Of a stretch of 64,000 nucleotides of DNA, positions 13,660-25,723 are shown one piece after another. The translations under genes were made by a program, and so were the position numbers. Every line of letters starts with the position of its first letter. Position 1 is the first letter of the stretch. The DNA comes from Oopsacas minuta (taxonomy: Eukaryota > Animalia > Porifera): assembly GCA_024704765.1 (NCBI GenBank), contig JAKMXF010000321.1, forward strand, positions 1,268,321-1,332,320, read 5' to 3'. The notes under the pieces are model-generated. The model was not told the origin of the DNA and did no database searches. It saw only the letters and a list, made by a program, of their open reading frames with translations.

Positions 13660-15540
13660 TTATGGTGGCTGACGAACTCCATGTCGACGACCATGTTTGT
13701 ATGCAAGGTGATCATACGCCCTTTTATTGCTGCTTGTCCTTTTGAAGTTTTGTCCCATCTTGTCAGTAATTTTTGTTTTTGTCCTTATTGTCCTATATTC
13801 AGGCTTCAAACCGAGACTATGACTCAATAAATAGTCTATTGTTCTCGCATTTGACACTAGAATCTTTGTAGTTACGAATCCGATCTCCAGCCCACACCGT
13901 TTATGAACTAAGAGCCGAAAACGATCACAAGCGGAACCGGGAGCGCGCGGACTATTTGAAGAAATACTTGCTTGCATCCAGCAAGGAAGTATTTCTTCGA
14001 TGCTCCGAATTGCCCTCTCGACTGATCCTTGTGATTTGGAGTGTTGAGATCTCCATGGACCATTCGGCACTCAGGCCAGCATAGGAGGCATCGCCCCCCA
14101 ATATTTACATTAAACATTCACATTTATTTATAAAACTACCAGTTATTATAGAATTGTGCTTCAATTGATTCTATGGAATTATAATAGGCTAGCATTTAGT
14201 GTTAAAATGTATATGCGTTCAATGAATTCATCAGAGTCGAAATCAGTGGGGAAATGAAATAACTCACAATAATAACATGCTCGAGGTCTTAAATAGGCTA
14301 GTGAACATAGGGTGAATGAACATCCTTTCACTAGAGTTTAAGGACAGTGCTCATTGTACTGAGTATACTCACTGTATTGGGCATGGCATTATTGAGCCTG
14401 ATCAATAAGTCGAGTGAAAAATAATAATATATATGTACATCAATAAAATATCACATGCACACAAGTCCTTGGAGCATTTCTGACACAAATCAAATAGAAA
14501 ATTCTGACTTACAAGTAGAAAATGCATAAAATGCAATTATCCTCCACTTATAACTAATATTCTCATTACTTCCAGAAGCATTTCATCAAACACCCCTTCT
14601 CTTGCCACAATACGCCCAAAACTACAACAAACAAGAATTTGGGCAACTGCTAGAAGCATTACCGACTAATCCAATGTAAAAATTCTAACTACTGACTACT
14701 TCAGCAATAAAATGCAACCAAACTACTGCACTCACAATTAATATTCTTGGTAATCTAGAGATAATACTACCAAGCAAGATTACATAATCGCTCTGTTGAC
14801 ATGTCCGGTTCTTTACACAACTAACATACTTGATTCGCAAACTCACCGCGGGCCATTACCGGACTGTAGAATATGAAGTACTCATTCATCACAAAATAAT
14901 CAAGCAGATTATATGCTACCTCTTCTGTATGTTACGATTCTAACGCTTTCAAGATTACAAACATAGTAGGATGTTCTTGAAATGTCATAATATGTTTGTA
15001 CTGCCCGTCTGGTTGGCTTTGCATGTCAATAAGGTCAACCTTTATATAAAGTTTAATAATATAAATTGGGACTAGCATGAAAATAAGTATATTTTGGACT
15101 CCTTGGAGTTAAATACCTTTACTGCTATTCGCATGCCAAGTTCATTTATATTTCTAAAATCAATAAATCACAATCTGAAATAACACGATATTGCAGCTGC
15201 AATGCGAGAATCAATAAACCTCACCTGGCATCCCGAGTTGAGCTGATTGCCAATAGTTGGCTTGACAACAAGACATTTTTCTGACTTTTCTTTTCTTGAG
15301 CTGCCATTTCTCACGAAGTGTGAATAGGTACAATATGTTCTTTTGTAATGTTGCATAATCATCGGACAATGTAGGTTTCATGAGTATTTTACTGCTATGT
15401 CCAGTTAATAGGTGAGCACCATGTATAATATCAAATTATTCCTCAAAGAAACCAATTGTTCCTGGGATCCTTGTTTCTTAAGCATTTAGATTACGACGTC
15501 ATCAACTCGAATTTCGAAAATTTTGTATCATTTTATGTTT
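13660..15540 (-). pseudogene. Degraded Ginger/GIN-like (KRBA2/SCAND3-type) integrase relic
   Basis: Minus-strand fragments IHGAHLLTGH (zinc-binding H..H), VVKPTIGNQLNSGCQ|VDLIDMQSQPDGQYKHIMTFQEH...EEVAYNLLD and HSKSQGSVERAIRSIEEILPCWM; a GT-AG phase-0 intron at 15040-15224; many stops and frameshifts. Confidence 0.75.
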
Positions 15541-15942
15541 CTATAAATATTCCTTTGGAGTCTTTGAAATTCTTTTATCTTCATGCTTTGACAAAAGGGG
15601 GGAACGGGATAGTATTTTTCGGTGTTTCTGGCATCCCGTTTGTGAAGGTTTCACTGAAGTAACTTTTGAACAGCCAAATAGGCCTTGTAAATGTAAAATC
15701 TGTCCTAGCATAGCAGCATTTCCCAACCTGGGTTCCATATATGACCCCTTGGAGGTCAACGGAGGAACAAGGTTGGGAACCGCTGTATATTTTTGAAATT
15801 GCAATTGAAATCTTCTATATTTGTACAATTTAGTGATCCTACGCATTTTCCTATTGTCAACCAGTGTTAAATTTTTCATATTATTAAACAAGTGTTGCAG
15901 ATTCAATTATGAATAATTACACAAAATGTTGAATTTTAACTT

Positions 15943-16061
15943 AGCTACGGCCATACCATGTTGGCAACACCAGTTCTCGTCCGATCACTGAAGTTAAGCA
16001 ACATTGGGCCAGGATAGTACCACGATCGGAGACGGCGCGGGAACACCTGGTGCTGTAGCTT
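15943..16061 (+). rRNA. 5S ribosomal RNA gene (single copy in window)
   Basis: About 119 nt starting AGCTACGGCCATACC, containing TCTCGTCCGATCACTGAAGTTAAGC and ending GGTGCTGTAGCT; helix I AGCTAC/GTAGCT pairs; followed by a T5 Pol III terminator. Confidence 0.96.
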
Positions 16062-16064
16062 TTT
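16060..16064 (+). terminator. RNA polymerase III T-run terminator of the 5S gene
   Basis: TTTTT immediately at the 3' end of the 5S coding region. Confidence 0.8.
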
Positions 16065-16827
16065 GTGGAAAATTTGTAAATTCTTTTACATTAAAATACA
16101 TTTTTTGTAGAATTGCTTATCATTACAAACTTTTTGTAGTATATTTTTATCAAGCAATAATTGGATAACCTTATCTCAGTTCCCTAAGGACATTAAGTTT
16201 TTGTCCTCTACTAATACTTAACCACTGATACATTCACTCACTGCTTTATGATTATCATTTTGATCTCAAATTCCTTATTTGATTAATTACAGTAAACTCC
16301 CGTTATAACGAAATGATTCTTTACCCCCCTATAGCTTGAAAGTAATTGCTTTTACTACGCTTCCGAACACTTCATTATAACGAGAGTTTACTGTATTGGA
16401 ATCATCCGTAATTTCCATTACATTTCCTTGCCGATACTTTATCTTTCCATCGATTATGTAGATTATCTTTTGTGAATGTTTAAATTATTCAATCTCTTTT
16501 TATATGTACTTTTCATTATTCATTAGCTTGATTTGTTTTATGATCCTTACTTTCTCGCGTGGCCAAGGTTAAATTATTTCTTCCAATGAAAGTCTAAGTT
16601 AGTTATGTTCGTCATTTTCGATGTATTGTGAATCATCAACCACGTTGTCATATTCCATCAGCTGACTCGATTCAGTCGATTGGAACTAAGCAATTTCAAA
16701 TTTATTGTTAAATTCAAGCCTTTCATCAGCCCATACCATTCTTGCAGTTTCACCTTGCATTATGTTATCAATTTATTTGTCAAAGCTGTCAGAGGGAAAA
16801 AGATTATGCAGATATGAGTACAACTGT

Positions 16828-17087
16828 TTCCATTTCTTTGAAACGGACATCTATGGGAAGCAGATTACGGAGACCCAGACAAAGAAGATGAGTTTGATTA
16901 CATCTACAAATATTCTAAGTTGCATAATATCCTGATATTATTGAGAAAATGGATCATGGACGTACTATGCCTCTTCAGTAGCCTTCTATGCTATTGACTA
17001 CTGGGGATCATGATGATAGAGTATCTGCGCTTTATTCGTTGAAATTCTATGCTGAATTGAATCATAAATTGAGAAGGTTGCGTATAG
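16828..17087 (+). pseudogene. PREP: Prolyl oligopeptidase (S9A) C-terminal pseudogene fragment
   Basis: With two 1-bp frameshifts it reads FHFFET-GHLWEADYGDPDKEDEFDYIYKYSKLHNI...Q*PSMLLTTGDHDDRVSALYSLKFYAEL, matching PREP HAWTTDYG...KYSPLHN...[24 protein letters not shown]; nonsense TAG at 16979-16981. Confidence 0.8.
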
Positions 17088-20000
17088 TTAAATTATATAG
17101 AAAATTTGAAGGGCTAAAGTGAGAAATTGAACCGTGTTTTCGCTCTAAATGAAACCTATATGTATAAGTGTCATGTCAATTAATATACAGTGGAACCTCA
17201 ACAAACGGGAAACTCCTGGAAACGATAGAAACTGAGTGAAGAATACATGAATTCATAATCCCATACAAATTCACGCCTCAAACAGGGAATCGAGGTTCTT
17301 CGGCGTCCCTGGTATGAAGTCCTGTTTGCCTGACCTCTATAACAATGCTCGATGCTACTTCTTTGTTTGTGAATGTTCATAAAATAATAACTAAAATACA
17401 TGAATTATTGTACAAACGGGAGAAATGATAAATATGTAGCGAAACTTCCACAAACAGTGTCCTAGGGACGCCCCAAAATGCTTCCCCGTTTGTGAAGGTG
17501 CATTTGTATGAGACTAAGCATTCGCTCAATACAGTATAACCTCGTTAACAGGAACACCAACGTACGGTCACAATTTGTTCTCCTTATCCGGAAATCGAAA
17601 CCGTTTCCAGAAGTTCTCCGCTTCCACAGGCTCCAGTTTGTGGAGGTTACACAGAATACTAATAATACGTTTTCCCTCTAGTCCCCCTTAACAGAAAAAA
17701 TCCTATCCTAATCCGCATAGAAACTAAAGGTGGTCATGAATTCGGTAAACCTACAGAGAAGATAATACAATAGTATACAGAATTATTTTCATTCATCGGA
17801 GAACAATTGGTTGTTGTTTGGAGCAATAATTAATAATTTCGTAGTATTTATGTATTGTAGGAAATAATTAGAGGTAATTATAGAGGGTCGATTGTTTATA
17901 CATTACCCAGAGCATTAAGCGCTCCTCATTTTCTCGCTCCGCGCGCTCCAGCCCTGAAAAAAATCGGTGCTCCCACCTCCGCGCCTTACTCAGAAAAGGA
18001 GTGTGCTCCGGCTCCCGCTCCAGGAAAAATGGCGCGCGCTCCAAACGCGCTCCTTTTCATTCTTTCAGATTTACATTAGATTTGTATTTAACCATTGTAC
18101 ATTCGGGAAATTACTCCCACGATTTTCATCGTGTGACATGATTTAGTATTAGTTCTCTGTGAAAATACCAGGGATCTTGTTGCATATACAGACGCAAAAT
18201 TGTGTGACACACGCGTACACGACGAGATCGTGGGAGTTGAGAGCCCTGCGTTTATGCAGGTTCATTTGTATGTGACTATGAATTCGCTCTATTCGTTTTC
18301 ACTCTGTTCCCAGAAGTTCCCCCGTTTGTAAAGGTTACACCGTATGGTTCCTAGCGTAATTCCCTGAATAAGCGCGTATATTTCATGCAGATTCAACTAC
18401 AGCGTTTATTCAGGAAAACAAACTTCCTACATACCCGGATGAAGCGGAATCAACTAATACACCAATTAACACACATAACTTCACACGTTAAATTGCAACA
18501 AAACTGTTTTTACGATGGAAATCTATATTTATAAATATCTCTAATCAAAATGTAATTTGACAATTGCAATCTAAGATAGATTTTATAGACAGTTTGTCAG
18601 TTTATATACATATTATTTTTTATGATAAATATGATGTGCTTAGGTCGGTTAATTATATGAATATCCTGCTCGTCAGATGTTCATCTGAACATTGGCGTTC
18701 AGGCAATTGTCACCTCGTGACACCTTATCAACACGACATAAGGGCATTCAATTGTTGTTCACATGCAAAAATTCCTGAAATTTAGATTTTTGCCGTTATA
18801 TTGAGTTTTTAATTTCATGGAGACGTACCATAGGACAGTGTAACTTTCACAAACGAGGTGTCAGGGACGCCAAAAAAATGCTCCCTGTTTCCCCGTTCCA
18901 ATTCTCCGTTTATAGGGCGTGGAGGTTCATTTGTATGGGACATTGGGACTAGCTCTATTGTTTATCACTTAATTTTCCAAAGTTCCCCGTTCCACAGTCC
19001 CGTTTGTGGATGTTACACTGTAGCGTTTTAGCACATTTCAGTGAAAAATGACTCTCGTCATGTGTGCGAAAAAGCGGTACATACTGATGAAATCTTGACA
19101 GTTGCAATCTGCCGGAAACTACGCCGTATTTATTCGAAAGTGGCGATTATTGCGGGGGATCTACTATTCTAGGAATCCACTATATTCCCACATTTCCCAT
19201 CCTTTCTATATCCATAATTACATAGAATGATTAATAACAAATCCCCCACGTAATTTGATATTTAGATACCTTAATACTAGAATATGTGATCGTTATAAGG
19301 TCAAATTATTGTATAATAACACAATTATGGATACAATTCTCTTTAAGGATATATTGGGTTTTCAGAAATTCATAATTCTTACATAGAACTAGTAAGATTT
19401 TACTTGCATGACAATACATATTGACAATTGGAATGTATTACTTGTTTGAATCATGGAGTAGGTTCTGACTGGTAAATCTGACAATTGACAGATGATGAGG
19501 TCAAAAGGATCGTTGATAATCTAAGTTGTATAAAACGTCTTTCAATGAAGACGTATTACATATAATACGTATTATACTTTAAATCTACTATTTTGGTGAC
19601 GTAACTTCTATTAGGCTAATTTCTGCTATTAATAATTGGCATTAAAATAGTAGTTCTCGAAGTGTTAATGAGAAATCTCAGCATAGTGACCTAGTTACGT
19701 AATACTTCTAATATTGTAACTTATGCAAGTCTAACAATGTCAAAACCTTATGTTTCGAGGTTAACCTAGACGTATAATACGTTCAAATAGATCACATAAA
19801 ACGTACTAGATGATTAATAAGTATTATACGTTATACGCGTATTATACAGCTTAGTTGATAATAACCAAGGGTCTATCGAATTTGTATTTGAAAAATGTTG
19901 GAAATTTCACAGACAATTGTATAGAAAAATCGGTGTAATGTTCTTAAACAAACAAGTTTCCTGCTGTATTCTTCATACCTTCTGCAATTTTAATAGTAAA

Positions 20001-20615
20001 ACTTCCTGAGTATTCATTTTATAATTGTGCTGTTTCTGGAAAGTATGGTTATTCAGTGTTCAAAGTATACAATACATAGTTTTAGCTATGCACATGCCAA
20101 AAATATAAATGATCCAAGGGAGTACACGTACATAGAGACCAAGTCTAACTTTGAACTCTTAGTCTAGCATAGATTTGGCTGATGCTCAGCGAACAAATCA
20201 ATACTGGTCACAATACAATAGCATAGTCGTCACAGTAATAATTATAATTATATAATAATAAAAAAGTTTGATAACAGAAATTAGTCAGGTTTAGCTGCCT
20301 AGTGGTAGAGAATTCTAGCCAAACAACAACCGAAACCAAAGGGGTCGGTAATTTAGAGGTGGCAAACACGACAAGATTCAGAGGCCGGGCTTCGAGCCTA
20401 TACTTTTAGGTTAGGAATAAACCTGTCATCAAATTTTGAAACAATTTCCTTTCATTCCTTATATTTAACCCAAATCATCAGATTGAAATTTGTACTCAAT
20501 CACAGTTTCTGCACTGGTTCGATGGTTCATGAATTTTGCATTCAATTTTAGAAAATTTTCTAAGCCGATTATAGGTATGCATCGGGCAGAAAACTCGGTC
20601 CGTTGCGACCTCTAC

Positions 20616-21265
20616 CAGAGATGGAACCGGTCAGCTTTTTCATAACCCGACCCGACCGGTCGACTGGTAACTTTGACTATACACTGCCTGGCCAAAAGTA
20701 TTGGAACACCCTGCCACTTGTGATACAAGTGGCACACGGCGAGAATATGTTGAATATTCTGTGGATATAGCAGAAAGTAGAAAATCTCTTTTGCTCAAGG
20801 TTGATGAATTAATATTTATTAAAAAATGTATGAAATAATTTTCAATAATTTGTTTATAACTAATGTGGCATTTATATTGGTGCCATGTGCTAATTGTGGC
20901 CCTGGCCTTCGAATACTTTTGGCCGGGCAGTATATAATGGATGATTATATACATAAATCTTATTTAATACAGAAATGTAGAAAAGATAGAAATATTGAAA
21001 TGTAGACTAATAAAGAAATTTTGAATATATAGAATATGTACAGAATTTTACGGTCAGAGTCTGTTTAACGCTGCCTCCTTTAGCACAACTAGACTTTCAA
21101 CGGTAGATCCGGCCAAATTACTCCTCTTAGAGTCCAGAGTAGCATCACCAATACTGAAATAGCGTTCGCTTATTTTGGTCAATATGATTACAGTATCAAA
21201 TTCAGATTTACCATATTCAGAAATTATGACCGGCCGGTCGAGATCTTCGACTGGTTCCATCTCTG
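20616..21265 (-). mobile_element. hAT deletion derivative with nested Tc1-type MITE (20682-20932)
   Basis: TIR CAGAGATGGAACC / GGTTCCATCTCTG; perfect 8-bp TSD ACCTCTAC; remnant SERYFSIGDATLDSKRSNLAGSTVESLVVLKEA (hAT C-terminus). Nested TA-flanked CACTGCCTGGCCAAAAGTATT TIR element. Confidence 0.85.
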
Positions 21266-21312
21266 ACCTCTACTAGTTATTTATATTGCATAGATTCAAA
21301 TCTAGCGTCTCG

Positions 21313-21528
21313 CTAAGCCGTGAGGTTTCTTCTCAAAATGCTTGATAAATTGCATTTCAGCATCAAAATGTACAGCAAAGAATCATAAGTCACTTTTACG
21401 TACCACTGAAAAATCGTGAGACTCATGGCTATGGCGTGAGAGTTGACATGTCTGATATTGCTCTGGATATTATGTATATTGTCCAATGAAAGCAGTTTTT
21501 TGCATATTGTGCAAAATACTGCTTTCAT
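21313..21528 (-). pseudogene. BED zinc-finger remnant of a hAT transposase
   Basis: KAVFCTICKKLLSL...SNIRH resembles BED C-x2-C...H. Confidence 0.4.
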
Positions 21529-22304
21529 TGGACATTATACAACTTGAATTCAAGTTTGAAGGTCAATTCTAGAAAAATATTAGAAGGAAACGCGGGGAAA
21601 TATACTGTGCATAAGTGAAAAGTATGAACAAACTCTTTACATACAGTTGTGTTTACATGTATTTCCATTTAGTACAGAACAGGTACATACAGTGTTGTAA
21701 AAGGGGTGACAAAGCGAGCTGCTTAGGTTAGTTTTAGCTGGCTTTGCCCCAAAAAAATTGACTTATTGATCGATACTGAGCTATCCCTTCCTTAGACTAT
21801 GCGTACATCTACTTGTACAATACAACTAACCTTAAGACGTCTAAGAATTACTAAGATGCTTGGCTGTACTTAGGGATCGAACGGGAATTGGGGTTAGCCG
21901 GATTTGGCTATTTTTCGGGGTCGTCATATTCCCCAAGATCGAGTCGTGAAATTATAGCACATTTATATAATGAAACTCGGAATGGATTAATTTTTAACTC
22001 ACATTATTGTTAAAAACTCTACCCCTCACCGTTAATTTAAGTTATTTTTTGCACTAGCTTGAATTCTAGCCACATTGTTGGAATGAATCCCTATTTCTAA
22101 CCTCAGAATTGCGGTCTATTTTCCCTAACAATAGTTTACCAAGTATTGAATGAATATTTGTTTATTACGTACGTATGTTTATGCATTTTAAAATAACGAC
22201 ACATAGATTGAGAATCCTGGCTGGATCCCATTCGGGCAGAAATCTTATTCTGGTCCATCGCTAGTTGTACTGATCTTTTCATGTACTAATTTACGGCTAA
22301 TATA

Positions 22305-23651
22305 CAGTCTGTAACATAAATTTTGAGAATTGCTCCTATTTCTGTTGCTTCAATAATATTCGCTTAATCAAGTTATCAATAGCACAGTGCACTAATAATA
22401 CAATACTAATCAATATTTAATTGGGAATCCATTCGATTCTATGACCATTTTACAACGTCGCGGTAGTGAATCACAGTAGGGCTGAAGAAAATCAGGACTT
22501 ATGTCTGCCCACAATAATTCTAGCTCTCTCTTGAGTTCAAAAATTGCCCTGGGGCCTCGTTTCAAAAATTCTTGTTTTACCCAAGCAAACAGATTTTCAA
22601 TAGGGTTTAAATCTGGACTTTGGGATGGCCATGGTAGTTGTTTAGGGATATTTTTTATCAGAAATGCCTTAGTAACTTTAGAAGTGTGTTTGGGATCGTT
22701 ATCCATTGCCAGGCGCCATTGGTCCTGATGAAATATTTCAGCCTGGGTTAGCAAATGGCCTTCTAAAATGCGTATGAACATCTTAGCATCTATATTGTCA
22801 GTGAAGATACAGAGTGGGAATGTTCCCATTGAGCTAAATGCAGCCCATACATTAATTTTTGGGACATGTTTCGTTGTTGAAACCACACGTGTTTTCCAAG
22901 ATTTTGTCCACATTTTTATCTTTCCTCTACCGAGCCATATAGACATCTTATCGGCAAAAACTGTTTGCGCCCATGATTTTTAGGATACATGTGCTTTCTG
23001 GCCCATTTTACTCGAAAGATTCTGTTTTTTTCACTTACTAAGGGTGGATTAGATGGATATTTCTTAGTGTAATCGACCGTTTTTAAGGCACGCCAAACGG
23101 TTTCATGAGATGGCCTGCCAGGAATGAGATGGGCTAAAGACTTTGTAGACAAATATTGCCTACATCTAATTTGCTGGCCCAGACTTCTTAGAATGGAGAG
23201 TCTCATAGTAGGTGGCCTTCCAGACCCTCTCTTGCGCCCCAAACCAACAATATTTGAATCTCTAGATTTTACTCTATAGACTGTCGCCAAACTTACACCC
23301 AAAGATTTGGAAATATCCTTCATAGAAAGCTCACCACGTTTTATTAGAACATCAATTGCCTCTCTTTTCTGTTTTTCATTCATAGTTAGATCTAACAGTT
23401 TACATTATTATCAGCAAATATTAAAACAAATTATCCGGACGAAAAGTTGAAAATATTACGTCACACAAAAATTTCCGACTCCTACCCTAGTGAAAAAATG
23501 CCCAAAGAATCTAACAAAGGTCATTAATAAGTAAAAACATATCAAGTCAAGTGATTTGGAGTAGGTGGAATCCAGCTTATTACTAAACACTGAGAGTTAA
23601 TGTGGTAGGATAGTAATATATCAATTTTCTCAATTTTTATGTTACAGACTG
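22305..23651 (-). mobile_element. Full-length Tc1 (DD34E) transposon with frameshifted transposase
   Basis: TA-flanked TIR CAGTCTGTAACATAAA..TTGAGAA; ORFs 22916-23383 (HTH, GSGRP) and 22410-22946 (MDNDPKH...SPDLNPIENL, 34-residue D-E spacing) overlap out of frame. Confidence 0.9.
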
Positions 23652-23774
23652 TATAATGCAATAGTAAATATCTGGGGATAGGTAATTGAGTTGGGGGTGA
23701 TGGACAATAGAGGATATATACATTAAAATAAGAAATTTGGAGAAATTCGAATATTTTCCCCTATACCATGAGTT

Positions 23775-24345
23775 GGCCTTATCTAGTGAATCTTCAATGA
23801 GGTTAACCACCCGCCTTATAAATCTTAATTGAGTTTAAGTAACATCTAGGAATCTTCCATGAGGTTAAGTTCCATCGAGTAAATCTTCGTTGGGGGTAGG
23901 TACCATCTAGTAAATCTTCAATGATGTTATGTGCCCATCTAGTAAATTTTAAAAAGAAAGATCTAGTAAATATTCATTAAGGTTAAGTACCCATCTAGTA
24001 TACTCATATAGGAAATCGTAAATGTATTTAAAGAATGATCTAGTAAATTTTCAAATATGGTTCATTACTCATCTAGTAAATCTTCGTGAAAGTTAAATAC
24101 CCAACTAGTAAATCTTGAATGAGGTCAATTATCCATTTAATTGAATTCAACGAGGGTAAGTACTCATCAAGTAAGTCTTCATTGAGGTTAACTACCCATC
24201 TAGTAAATCTTCAATGTGGTAAAAGAAACATCTAGTAAATATTCAATAAGGTTCATTAAGCAATCTAGTAAATCTTCATTGAAGTTAAATACCCATCTTA
24301 AATCTTCAATGAAGTTTAGTAGACATCTACTGAATCTTCACAATG
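23775..24345. repeat. Degenerate minisatellite, unit about 31-34 bp (consensus CCCATCTAGTAAATCTTCAATGAGGTTAAGTAC), roughly 15-17 copies
   Basis: CATCTAGTAAATCTTC core recurs throughout the interval. Confidence 0.8.
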
Positions 24346-24352
24346 AGGTCCA

Positions 24353-24463
24353 CTAAGGTCCCCACTCAGTCCAAGTAGTACAAGGTTGGAGTATACTTGG
24401 ATCCCACTCTGTCCAGGTAGTACAACATTGGGGTTCACTTGGAACCCATTCAGTCCATTCCGC
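24353..24463 (-). repeat. 42-bp tandem repeat (about 2.5 copies) encoding C-T-T-W-T-E-W on the minus strand
   Basis: Translates AEWTEWVPSEPQCCTTWTEWDPSILQPCTTWTEWGP*. Confidence 0.65.
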
Positions 24464-24695
24464 CTATAAACTTTCCCTCTCAAATTTTAGCCTCGTTTTC
24501 TTGGCTTGAGGAGGGTAGTTATCCAACCGAGATGTGTTCCTTAAATTATTCCCTAATAGATGATGAGAAGTCATTTATGAGGTATTACTTGATATTTTAT
24601 TGATTTCGCTACATAACTAAGACAATCGATTACCACTACCACCCACGTGAAAATCCTTATCAAATGCTTGACAACTGTTTTTTTTTACATTAGTC

Positions 24696-25104
24696 TACGG
24701 GTGTGAAGTTAGCAGAGCGCTGTTTAGCAGCGAGTAATGAGCACAGCTTAAAACTTAATAACTCAGTCAATTTCCAATCAATTCTTCTGAAATTTGTTGA
24801 GTACCTTAATTTTGGTTGGGCTCTACCTTAATCGAATAATTAATCTATATCACACCTAATCATGCCATAATGACAATGCAAATTTTTGTGATGCGAAATC
24901 TCCATAGGGCAATACAAAATTTGCAAATGTCATTGTAACATGATTAGGTTTGATGGAGATTAATTATTAAATTTTAGAAATAGCCCCTTCGAGATTAAGG
25001 TACTCAACAAATTTCAGGTGAATAAGTGATAAATTGACCAGTTATTAAGTGTTAAGTTATGCTCATTACTCGCTTTTTAGCGCGCTGCTAACCTCACATT
25101 CGTA
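24696..25104. mobile_element. Foldback-type palindromic MITE (about 190-bp arms)
   Basis: Left TACGGGTGTGAAGTTAGC...AATTTGTTGAGTACCTTAAT mirrors right ATTAAGGTACTCAACAAATT...GCTAACCTCACATTCGTA. Confidence 0.75.
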
Positions 25105-25723
25105 ATCATTCTGTGATTTATAAGACTAAATGTGCAACGAATTTTAAATTTCGTCAAGAAAACTTGTCACTAAGCATGTGCGGATCAAAAGCTGCGCACA
25201 TGCCCTAATACACCTACCAGTCTTAGCCATTATATTATGCCATTAATCGACGGAGAGTCCCCACTTAAATAAAGCCAAGAGTTCCTCAAAATGATCAAGA
25301 ACAACATCCGAGCAGGTATACCCACTAATCCAGGGTAAATTCCTACTCAAACCATGACAGGAGTGCCTGAACTACAGTAGGAATAGTATTTCATTTTCCG
25401 CGCGCATTGCTGACTTGCTGTTACTCTGCCGTTAAAGAACCCTGCAATCAGGTGTGCTCTTAGGATCTGATAGGGCTAAGGACGGGCTGGGCTAATATTT
25501 CAAACCCGGGGGGCAAATTTTATCTGATTCTAACTATGGTGTAAAATTACGAGTAAGGTATTTGAAAATATTATCGGATAATTTCAACAATAATAATGCA
25601 ACTAAAGTTATACTTCAGAATGTTCAATAGGGAATACTACTTTGCTGTCGGATTTTTGTAGTTATATTAGCAATGTTTATTGATGATTCGCATCATAATA
25701 AAAAGTTTCCACAAATAAATATC

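Noticed and set aside
20290-20320. tRNA-like GGTTTAGCTGCCTAGTGGTAGAG
   Set aside because: Only an A-box-like half; no B box or cloverleaf.
23775-24345. CRISPR-like array
   Set aside because: Repeats are contiguous and degenerate with no unique spacers, there are no cas genes, and the context is eukaryotic.
25200-25450. Coding-like stretch (minus strand ISGYTCSDVVLDHFEELLALFKWGL)
   Set aside because: Interrupted by stops and no family recognised.
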